From the IMG/VR virus record IMGVR_UViG_2600255154_000001, positions 1-34,760 of that record: 34,760 nt of DNA; one strand, 5' to 3'. This DNA is from a virus. Of the stretch, positions 27,818 through 34,760 are shown one piece after another (the stretch's first letter is position 1; the number at the start of each line of letters is the position of its first letter). Under the pieces are notes generated by a model. That model was not told the DNA's origin. It did no database searches and was given only the letters and a program-made list of their open reading frames with translations. A program made the position numbers and the translations under genes.

Positions 27818-28840
27818 CTATTCGAAAGACTCTACTAGATAATCAAGTGCGCTATGCGCATCAAGCTTGTAGTAGGTATCGTCGTCGATCGGTGCTGACG
27901 TTCTTCGTATTGCAGTCTGTATTGCTTCTGGGGGCGTCTGCCCACCTAGTTCGTCCGACTCCGAGAGAATAGTTGCTACAATACCGGTGATTATCGGGGC
28001 AGAATAACTCGTCCCTGCATTAAGAGTCACACCATCCTCGAGCCCAGCTACGTAGAGAGCGGGTGCAATCACATCCGGGGTTGCGTTATGGAATAGAACA
28101 TTCCCATCCCAGAGCTCCTCTCTCCGGTACTCGCTACAGCTGACACCATCACAACAGTCAAGTTGACCACAAAACGGCCCATATACTGTGCCATCCTCTT
28201 CTGGACACCACCACTGCCCAGAGTCCTCGCTGTCGACGAGATCGTGTGAGCAATGCGGAATATAACCTCCAACACTAATCACGGATTCAACCACACCTGG
28301 GCAGTGAACGCCTTCACGATCCGCTTGAGGCTGTTTGTTTCCTGTAACAGACACAATCGTTGTTTCATATTCCGCGATAACGCGTTTTGTTTCCCTCGCG
28401 AGCGAGCAGAACCCCTGGCACTCGTGTCGTATCCCGAGAGATAAATTGAGCATATCGACATCACCAGCCCCAGCGTCGGCAATCGCGTCTGCCACAGCGC
28501 TTCGGTTTCCATGTGCCTGGGTCTGATCGTCACCAGGTTCGTCGATTACCTGAAACGTACTAAATGTCGCTTCAGGCGCGAGTGTTGATAGTAGATGGAG
28601 GACATTGGATCCATGACCGCAGACGTCTGCCTCCTCTGCCGTCGTGTACGAGTCATAAACCGTATCTAGATCTATCTGTGTTCGGAGCGACGATGGTGGT
28701 GTGGAAACCGAGTCGACAACACCGATGTGGATACCCGAACCTCCGTTTCTCAAATCCGAGGCATTCAGCGATTTAACATACGAGGCGTAGACGAACGAGA
28801 GATACTCCCCTACATCACTGAACCGGGACGGGATTCCAAA
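27818..28840 (-). CDS. S8 (subtilisin-like) serine protease catalytic domain, reached by -1 frameshift or a broken gene
   Basis: Triad motifs GVVDS, GHGSNV and GTSYSAP, oxyanion TGN; frame open upstream to 28903 without an ATG. Confidence 0.88.
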   Translation of the reverse strand, partial: FGIPSRFSDVGEYLSFVYASYVKSLNASDLRNGGSGIHIGVVDSVSTPPSSLRTQIDLDTVYDSYTTAEEADVCGHGSNVLHLLSTLAPEATFSTFQVIDEPGDDQTQAHGNRSAVADAIADAGAGDVDMLNLSLGIRHECQGFCSLARETKRVIAEYETTIVSVTGNKQPQADREGVHCPGVVESVISVGGYIPHCSHDLVDSEDSGQWWCPEEDGTVYGPFCGQLDCCDGVSCSEYRREELWDGNVLFHNATPDVIAPALYVAGLEDGVTLNAGTSYSAPIITGIVATILSESDELGGQTPPEAIQTAIRRTSAPIDDDTYYKLDAHSALDYLVESFE

Positions 28841-29109
28841 TTTCGGGTCTCCTCCACAACGACGTCGTCGGAGTCGAGTTCCACAGACACAACCGTATCC
28901 AGGTTACAGATCGAATCAACGATTCGTTCGGGCGCCTCAACGCGGAGTGAAACATCGCCGATCTCCGTAACGGTGTCCGCTCCGAGACCATCAATCTCGG
29001 CTGCAACCTCATCGCGCCCTCCGTCAATGCAACTCACGAGCAGTGCGACGCTCTCGTCGCTGGAACTGCCGCGCAAGTCGCGGACTGCGGGCTCGATGAA
29101 TTCAGGCAT
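28810..29109 (-). CDS. Propeptide / inhibitor-like protein (99 aa), N-terminal part of the S8 protease
   Basis: Acidic alpha/beta pattern ending in TVVSVELD, like I9-type subtilase prodomains; own TATA (TTTAAT) about 25 nt upstream. Confidence 0.7.
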   Translation of the reverse strand: MPEFIEPAVRDLRGSSSDESVALLVSCIDGGRDEVAAEIDGLGADTVTEIGDVSLRVEAPERIVDSICNLDTVVSVELDSDDVVVEETRNLESRPGSVM

Positions 29110-29182
29110 AGTACACCCTATCACCCGAGGGTGCATTAAATGTAGGTGATCGTACCAAAAACCCGATCAAAATCGAACTCAG

Positions 29183-29656
29183 TTATTCGTCTCCGTCGAG
29201 CACCTCCTCGAGAATCCGCTGGGCATCCTCAGCAGCTGCGCGGCCGGGAACGTCCTCCGGGAGCTCCGACAGCGCCCGATCGATGAACACGCGAGCGTCC
29301 TTGAGGTCGTCCAGGTCGACGGTCGTGTCGCTGGTCCGCGCGGCCTCAAGCTCGCGACGCAGCTCGTCGACGCGCTCCTGGAGACGGTCGCGATCGTCCT
29401 GGTCGCGACCGGCGCCGTCCTGGTCGACATCGTCTCGAGGGTCGTCCGATAGCTCCCACAGACCACGGGCGAGATTTTCGACGTGACCGTGTTCATCAAG
29501 ACGTCGAAGTCGCTGGTTGATGTACGTCTGTTCGATCCCAGTTACCTCGGAGAGATAGCTCGGTGACGCACGCCCCTCGTGGAGCGCATCGAGGATAGTC
29601 CGATCCGCCTCGTTGAGTTGGTCCGGTGTCAGCACTGGTTGGCCTTTGGCCGCCAT
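29183..29656 (-). CDS. Winged-helix repressor (phiH Rep-like) with coiled-coil C-terminus
   Basis: LNEADRTILDALHEGRASPSYL...YINQRLRRLDEHGHVENLARGLWEL..DP; divergent from the early operon. Confidence 0.85.
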   Translation of the reverse strand: MAAKGQPVLTPDQLNEADRTILDALHEGRASPSYLSEVTGIEQTYINQRLRRLDEHGHVENLARGLWELSDDPRDDVDQDGAGRDQDDRDRLQERVDELRRELEAARTSDTTVDLDDLKDARVFIDRALSELPEDVPGRAAAEDAQRILEEVLDGDE

Positions 29657-29760
29657 ACACTAACTATCCTTTCGAACTACAAGTAATTACTGATAGTGCT
29701 AATCTAAAGTACTAACTAATAGTTAGCTATAAGTGCCTAGGGAATAGACTATGAAGTAGG
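29657..29760. promoter_or_regulatory. Divergent promoter/operator region (lysis-lysogeny switch)
   Basis: AT-rich; palindrome CTAACTA-A-TAGTTAG at 29712-29726; extra half-site at 29660-29666; rightward TATAAG at 29728; leftward TAATTA at 29684-29689. Confidence 0.75.
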
Positions 29761-29761
29761 A

Positions 29762-29820
29762 AGCACCGGGACGCCGGTCAGAAATGGCCGGGGCGTGCTG
29801 GCACACGCCCGACCGGTGCT
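29762..29820 (+). ncRNA. Predicted three-way-junction RNA leader
   Basis: Outer stem AGCACCGG/CCGGTGCT enclosing CCGGTCA-GAAA-TGGCCGG and GGCGTG-CTGGCA-CACGCC hairpins. Confidence 0.5.
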
Positions 29821-29836
29821 GTCCACTAACGACAGC

Positions 29837-30157
29837 ATGTTCGAAAACGAACCCAACTCCCAAGATAGTACTGCTTCCGACCTTCCGACGTCAGCCTACC
29901 ACCTCGGCCGCGACGCGGATGGTCGCGACCACTACCACGACCCGATGAGCACTCACGTGTGGGTCGCTCGTGACGGCGACATCGTTCACGAAACCGACCT
30001 CGAGCAGCGCTCTATCGTCCTGTGGGTCCAGTTCGTCGACGAGGAATGCGGTGGCTGGGCCGAGCGCGAGCGCGTCGAGGAAACCGGCGGTCTAGACGAG
30101 CTGCTCGAGGGCGTCTTCGAGCGCGAAGCTGAGTGCCGCGAACGGAGGATCGCCTAA
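29837..30157 (+). CDS. Hypothetical early protein
   Basis: First ORF of the rightward operon (YHLGRDADGRDHYHD); start ATG 29837; TAATG coupling. Confidence 0.75.
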   Translation: MFENEPNSQDSTASDLPTSAYHLGRDADGRDHYHDPMSTHVWVARDGDIVHETDLEQRSIVLWVQFVDEECGGWAERERVEETGGLDELLEGVFEREAECRERRIA

Positions 30158-30345
30158 TGGGCGTCCCGATCGGTGATGCCGAGGGCAACCACACTGCACT
30201 CCTCGAGTGTGGCAATTGCAGCGAGCGATACGAGACTGACGAGACGATGGGCAACGAGTGTCCTCACTGTGGGATGGTCAGCTTCGAGATCGTGACCGGT
30301 GGCGACCCGGACGCGTGGCGGCCGGACGGGGAGGTGTCGGCCTGA
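30157..30345 (+). CDS. Zinc-finger microprotein
   Basis: ECGNC...ECPHCG motifs. Confidence 0.8.
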   Translation: MGVPIGDAEGNHTALLECGNCSERYETDETMGNECPHCGMVSFEIVTGGDPDAWRPDGEVSA

Positions 30346-30845
30346 TGTCCGAAGACGACCACGCGCTGACGATCGTCGCGACCGGTCAGGCCCGGTTCGA
30401 CACGGTCCAGGATGACGCCGACTCGATGACGATCGCGCGGTCGCGGACCGAGGAGGTGACCGCCGAGATCGAACTCGATGCGGACCGGCTCTACGACAGC
30501 GACGTCGCGACCACGCACCGGGCCGGCGCAACGATCTCGGCAAGCGACGTCGCGAACGTCGTCTGCGAGGAGCTCGAGGCGACGCCGGTCGATCCTCTCG
30601 AGTGGGACCTCACGGTTCGAGGATCACTCGACGACTGGCAGAAGGTCTGTCTCAAGGCGGCGAAGCAGCGCCGCAGCTTCGAGAGCAGCCGCACCGACAC
30701 GGCGCTTGACGTCCTCCTATCGCTGCACGAGCGCCACGCTGAGACGGATCGCCCGATCTACGCAGCGCTCAACATCGACGAGACGTACGAGGCTGGCCGG
30801 CGTGACGAGCTGTTCGCGGAGGTGGCTCCCGATGGCGATGAGTGA
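30345..30845 (+). CDS. Hypothetical early protein
   Basis: TGATG-coupled, preceded by GAGGTG; acidic composition. Confidence 0.75.
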   Translation: MSEDDHALTIVATGQARFDTVQDDADSMTIARSRTEEVTAEIELDADRLYDSDVATTHRAGATISASDVANVVCEELEATPVDPLEWDLTVRGSLDDWQKVCLKAAKQRRSFESSRTDTALDVLLSLHERHAETDRPIYAALNIDETYEAGRRDELFAEVAPDGDE

Positions 30846-31203
30846 GACACCCGATACCGGCGAGCTCTTCTCCGAGCGGGCAGCCGACGCGCTCACCTCA
30901 TATATGACCGTTCTCGAGGATCTGCCGAAAGTTGCCGACGATCCCGAACAGTTCATCGTCGTGTCCAACAGCGGTCGCGAGTACCGCGTCGATCTCCGCG
31001 CCGAGTCGTGCACGTGTCCCGACTGCCTTCACCGCGGCCACACCTGCAAGCATATCTACCGGGTGCGGTTCGCGACCGGGCGCGTTCCGATTCCAGGCTG
31101 GGTGAACCGCGAGGCGATCGATCCACAGCTGGGACTCCACGTCTCAGCCGACCCGCGTATTCGAACCACCACCGGGATAGAGGTGTTTGAAGATGGCGAG
31201 TGA
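30838..31203 (+). CDS. SWIM zinc-finger protein
   Basis: YRVDLRAESCTCPD...CKHI SWIM motif; start ATG 30838 after GAGGTG. Confidence 0.88.
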   Translation: MSETPDTGELFSERAADALTSYMTVLEDLPKVADDPEQFIVVSNSGREYRVDLRAESCTCPDCLHRGHTCKHIYRVRFATGRVPIPGWVNREAIDPQLGLHVSADPRIRTTTGIEVFEDGE

Positions 31204-31399
31204 CGAACTCGCGATCGAGTACACGACCTCATCGGGCCAACGTCGCCGAGTTGTGTTCGAATCACGATATCCTCAACGTGGATACCACCGCCGGGAGGAG
31301 GCTCGGCGTGGTTGCTCGTGGAAACCGGTCGGTGAGGAGATCGTCGTTGATCTCACAGTGGATGGCGATCTGGATATGCCGGTACCAACTCTCGAGTGA
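31193..31399 (+). CDS. Hypothetical protein
   Basis: Coupled ORF preceded by GAGGTG; RRRVVFE and GCSWKPVGEE. Confidence 0.7.
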   Translation: MASDELAIEYTTSSGQRRRVVFESRYPQRGYHRREEARRGCSWKPVGEEIVVDLTVDGDLDMPVPTLE

Positions 31400-31620
31400 C
31401 GATGCGTTCGTTTGCTGATCCCGATACTACGTTCCACCTCGTTCGTTCACAGACGCCCGTCAACGTCGACGGCTTCAAGCTCGGCGAGCCTACTGGCGAG
31501 GTTGAGTGCCTAGAGTGCGGTGCCGTCGAAGAGAACATCGATGAGATCTCCCACGAGCCTGACTGTCCGCAGCGATTCGTCCACTCGCGGTGGTACGCCG
31601 AGATGATGGACCAAGACTGA
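31396..31620 (+). CDS. Small zinc-binding protein
   Basis: ECLECG...HEPDCPQ (CxxC...HxxxC). Confidence 0.75.
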   Translation: MTMRSFADPDTTFHLVRSQTPVNVDGFKLGEPTGEVECLECGAVEENIDEISHEPDCPQRFVHSRWYAEMMDQD

Positions 31621-31646
31621 CGCGAGCCACGATCAACGCTTCTCGA

Positions 31647-31663
31647 TCTTCTCTTTCAGTTTC
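31647..31663 (+). terminator. Possible pyrimidine-rich archaeal terminator
   Basis: TCTTCTCTTTCAGTTTC about 25 nt after the operon's last stop codon. Confidence 0.35.
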
Positions 31664-31684
31664 GACCCGGAAGTCAACCCCCCG

Positions 31685-31692
31685 TATAAGTA
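31685..31692 (+). promoter_or_regulatory. TATA box of orc1/cdc6
   Basis: TATAAGTA about 27 nt before ATG 31719. Confidence 0.6.
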
Positions 31693-31718
31693 CCAGCCAC
31701 GCGACGTGACACGTCAGT

Positions 31719-32795
31719 ATGATCACCGACCCCCGGGTGTTCACCGAGCGGCACCTCCCACAGCGTTTGATCGGCCGGAACGCGGACGCACGCCACCTCT
31801 CACGGATTCTGCGACCGGCGGTTCACGACCGGCGCGCGGGCGACGCGCTCATCTCCGGATCGTCAGGAGTGGGGAAGACAGCGCTCGCACGCTTCGTCCT
31901 TCGTCGCCTCAACTACCGTGCTGACGTCGTCGACGTTCACGTTCAGTGCCTCGGATCAACGCGAGGCGACATCCTTCGCGAGATCCTCCAGGAGCATCCC
32001 GACGTCGACCAACGGATTCATCGGGGAACGCCGAACGCCAACCTGCTCCCGCTGCTCGACCAAGCTGTGTCCCGACCGTGTATCATCGTCCTCGACGAGG
32101 GCGACGATCTGCCCGCGACCGGACTCGTTCGCGAGCTCGCCGGTGTGACCAATGTATCCGTCATCGCGATCTGCCACGACCCGGATCAGTGGCTGGCCGA
32201 CGTCGACACCTCGGTCACCGACCTGTTCGACGGCGACCAACATCTCCCGCTCGATACGTATTCGATCGACGATCTCGCAGAGATCCTTGACCAGCGGGCA
32301 CAGCTGGGGCTCGTGTACGACGCGGTTGACTGGGCTGTCCTCGAGGAGATCGCCGACTTCGCCGCGGGGAAGGCGCGTCCAGCTATTCAGACGCTGCGGT
32401 GTGCTGCCGAGATCGCCGGTGAAGCCGACCGCTCGCAGATCCGATCAGTGGACGTCCAGCCCGGGTACGAGCGAGCGATGACGTATATTCGGGAGCGGAA
32501 CCTGCAGTCGCTGTCGATCCATCATCACGTGCTATACGAACTCGTTCGGAGTGGCGGTGAGGACGGCATCTTGAGCGACGATCTCCATGACCGGTACGAT
32601 GCGGTCGCCGAGAAGGTGTACCAAGGACGGGAACAGACGCCTATCGGCCAGCGTCAGCGTCGGACGAAGCTGCGGAAGCTCCGCTACTACGAACTGATCG
32701 ACTTCCCCGATCGACGGTCGCGACGTCAGTATGAGGCGGTAGATCCGAGCATTGAGTCACCACTCGAGGGTATCAGTATAGTGTGTCATACCTAG
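31719..32795 (+). CDS. cdc6: Orc1/Cdc6-family replication initiator
   Basis: P..LIGR, Walker A GSSGVGKT, Walker B IIVLDE, G.AR sensor, C-terminal winged helix. Confidence 0.93.
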   Translation: MITDPRVFTERHLPQRLIGRNADARHLSRILRPAVHDRRAGDALISGSSGVGKTALARFVLRRLNYRADVVDVHVQCLGSTRGDILREILQEHPDVDQRIHRGTPNANLLPLLDQAVSRPCIIVLDEGDDLPATGLVRELAGVTNVSVIAICHDPDQWLADVDTSVTDLFDGDQHLPLDTYSIDDLAEILDQRAQLGLVYDAVDWAVLEEIADFAAGKARPAIQTLRCAAEIAGEADRSQIRSVDVQPGYERAMTYIRERNLQSLSIHHHVLYELVRSGGEDGILSDDLHDRYDAVAEKVYQGREQTPIGQRQRRTKLRKLRYYELIDFPDRRSRRQYEAVDPSIESPLEGISIVCHT

Positions 32796-32999
32796 AGGGG
32801 ACTGAGCCTTTGGTGTGCCGGTACTATACCTAACCTGATGGCCACTAATCGATCTACAAATTGATATAAATGATCCACTCATACGAATTATACTCAAAAA
32901 TTCATCTTCGTTTAATGCACATATATGCTTAACCAGAAAACAAGTGTAATCTCCCAAAGTACTTTAAGCACGCCACTTATTTCTCACCTGTGTCGGACA

Positions 33000-33200
33000 A
33001 TGACCGAGGAAGCCACCAAAGAGAAGTACGAGTCCGAGCTAGAGGAGTTACTCCCGGACAACGATGATCCATTAGGTACGGAGGAGTACAGCGAGATCGT
33101 CGATGAGTCCGAACAGGTCTCTTCCGAAGTGGATACCTATATTTACAAAGCAGAATCTGGACCTGCGAAGACTAAGCTCACCAACCACTCTGATTCATAA
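33000..33200 (+). CDS. Small acidic protein (66 aa) coupled to the ClpP-fold protease
   Basis: ATG 33000, about 30 nt after TACTTTAAG; its TAA overlaps the next ATG (TAATG). Confidence 0.65.
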   Translation: MTEEATKEKYESELEELLPDNDDPLGTEEYSEIVDESEQVSSEVDTYIYKAESGPAKTKLTNHSDS

Positions 33201-34216
33201 TGCCGAGTTGGGGCGAGATACTTGAAGAGATTCAAGATCGAACACAACCGAAAGATCCGGGACCCCATGATTCACTCAGAAGAGAATACCTGAGCAATCT
33301 AAGTGAACATACTGGACGAGACGTTATCCTCTATTCCAGCGGCTGGAGTCATCTAAACCAGCCATCCGCCGACTTCTCGATGAGTGATGGAGACATCCAA
33401 GGGCTGATGGAGGTGATTTACGAGATGGACGGGGACGAGTTGGATATGATCCTCCATAGCCCAGGTGGAACGCCAACCGCAGCTGAAGCAATGGTTGATT
33501 ATCTGCGTGAGATGTATGATGATATCCGGATCATCGTCCCTCACGCCGCGATGTCAGCTGCGACGATGATGTGTTGTGCTGCGGATAAGACTATTATGGG
33601 TAAGCACTCCTCGTTGGGCCCAATCGATCCGCAAATCACCTTACCTACAGCAACTGGTCGTCGATCTGTCCCTGCGCAGGCCGTGTTATATCAATTCGAA
33701 CAAGCAAAGGAGGAAATTCAGGAGAATCAGGATAACCTCGCGCATTGGACACCGATCCTCCGCCAATACGGACCGAGTCTGCTGACCGAGTGTGAACAGG
33801 CTGTTAGCTTGTCTGAGGAGCTTGTTCAGGACTGGGCAGAATCGTATATGCTCGCCGATGATGAGAACGCTAGTGAAAAAGCAGCCGAACTCGCGAGTCG
33901 CCTCTCGGATTGGAGTCAGTTCAAAACCCACTCGCGTCCGTTAAGTAAGGACAAGGTAGACGATCTGGGTTTTGACGTTAAAGCTCTTGAGAGTGATCAA
34001 GACCTCCAAGAACTGGTTCTCTCTGTGTATCATGTGACGACGCATACACACGTCCATACTCAGACTGCTAAGATAATCGAGAATCACAAAGGACGAGCAT
34101 ATATGACTAACCTGAGGGAGGAATCCAGTACTAATGAGAATGAGTCCTCATCTATTTTCGGGCCCGGATTGCGCTCGCCTCCGCCAGGTCCACCCCAACC
34201 GACTGATGATGAGTGA
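33200..34216 (+). CDS. SDH-family ClpP/crotonase-fold serine protease
   Basis: LHSPGG, AMSAAT (catalytic Ser), LGPIDPQ and THSRP motifs. Confidence 0.9.
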   Translation: MPSWGEILEEIQDRTQPKDPGPHDSLRREYLSNLSEHTGRDVILYSSGWSHLNQPSADFSMSDGDIQGLMEVIYEMDGDELDMILHSPGGTPTAAEAMVDYLREMYDDIRIIVPHAAMSAATMMCCAADKTIMGKHSSLGPIDPQITLPTATGRRSVPAQAVLYQFEQAKEEIQENQDNLAHWTPILRQYGPSLLTECEQAVSLSEELVQDWAESYMLADDENASEKAAELASRLSDWSQFKTHSRPLSKDKVDDLGFDVKALESDQDLQELVLSVYHVTTHTHVHTQTAKIIENHKGRAYMTNLREESSTNENESSSIFGPGLRSPPPGPPQPTDDE

Positions 34217-34287
34217 ATCTACTCTGAGAGTCCTATTATCCGGAAGTTTACCCCCCGTATATACTGACTCCCGACCCATAGTCGGGT

Positions 34288-34548
34288 ATGCCGTCGACGA
34301 CCATCCAGACGGTCCCGGTTGAAACGCTCGACCACGACACGAAGGCTCCCGCCAATACGATCGACATCGAGAGACGCGACCTCGCCTCCAAAACGATCCT
34401 CGAGATAGCCCACGGCAGCGAAGAGTGGACACTCGAGTTCAGCGAGAGCGGGAGTCTCTCCGACCAAGACCCCGCGCCGCCGGCAACGCCCCCGCGGTGG
34501 CTGCCCGAAGTTGTGGATCGAGTCGCACCCGAGCTCTCGCTACGGTGA
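34288..34548 (+). CDS. Hypothetical protein
   Basis: 86 aa, return to high GC, typical haloarchaeal composition. Confidence 0.65.
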   Translation: MPSTTIQTVPVETLDHDTKAPANTIDIERRDLASKTILEIAHGSEEWTLEFSESGSLSDQDPAPPATPPRWLPEVVDRVAPELSLR

Positions 34549-34556
34549 TCTCGATG

Positions 34557-34760
34557 TCACTCGGTGTCCTCAACCTTCGAGAGGTGGATCCCGCCGTCGT
34601 CGAGGTCAGCCTCGAGGAGAACGTTATCCCCCTCCTTCAACCCCGCACCCTCGAGGACTTGGGTTGGGATAGAAACGACGATGCTGTTTCCGGACTTCCG
34701 GACGGTGCGTTCCGCCCGAACAACACCATCGTCGGCATCAACCTCGACACGCTTGCCCAT
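34557..34760 (-). CDS. AbrB/MazE/SpoVT-family DNA-binding protein
   Basis: RKSGNSIVVSIP...GLKEGD.V motif. Confidence 0.9.
   Translation of the reverse strand: MGKRVEVDADDGVVRAERTVRKSGNSIVVSIPTQVLEGAGLKEGDNVLLEADLDDGGIHLSKVEDTE

Larger units (their letters stand above)
1..34760. mobile_element. Haloarchaeal tailed virus/provirus (Caudoviricetes, contractile tail, probably temperate); ends not visible in this window
   Basis: Contiguous head-neck-tail-baseplate gene set with sheath and baseplate J, phiH-like repressor with a divergent early operon, Orc1/Cdc6, acidic proteome. No integrase or att site seen. Confidence 0.95.

Noticed and set aside
31659-31684. ORB origin element upstream of cdc6 (reverse strand TTCCGGGTCGAAAC with a G-run)
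   Set aside because: Single copy; spacing and G-string position do not match the canonical ORB layout.
34288-34760. AbrB/MazE gene as the antitoxin of a type II toxin-antitoxin pair
   Set aside because: The neighbour is convergent and has no PIN/MazF features; any partner would have to lie outside the window.
1-34760. CRISPR array, tRNA, att site or IS element
   Set aside because: No repeat-spacer periodicity, cloverleaf, transposase or long direct repeats were noticed by eye.

Overview
The window is most of a temperate, contractile-tailed (myovirus-type) virus or provirus of a halophilic archaeon. The evidence is GC-rich DNA, very acidic proteins, archaeal TATA boxes, an Orc1/Cdc6 gene and a phiH-type wHTH repressor. 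Bases 377-22108 (+) carry a complete virion morphogenesis operon: terminase, portal, MuF/gp7, prohead protease-scaffold, decoration protein, major capsid, neck, sheath, tube, chaperone, tape measure, baseplate and tail fibre. A SAM methyltransferase and two holin-like genes follow. An accessory island lies mostly on the - strand at 23763-29109, then a repressor/early-gene switch (29183-29837), a zinc-finger-rich early operon, Orc1/Cdc6, a ClpP-fold protease module and an AbrB-type regulator. No integrase, att site, tRNA or CRISPR array was seen. Main signals missed by the ORF track: (1) a subtilase split into a propeptide-like ORF and a catalytic ORF that are joined exactly by a canonical -1 slippery heptamer (A AAT TTG); (2) a -1 frameshift (G GGT TTT plus hairpin) in the tail chaperone; (3) a consensus kink-turn just upstream of the prohead protease gene; (4) a three-way-junction RNA leader on the early transcript. 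All family assignments come from motif recognition and gene order, not from database searches.
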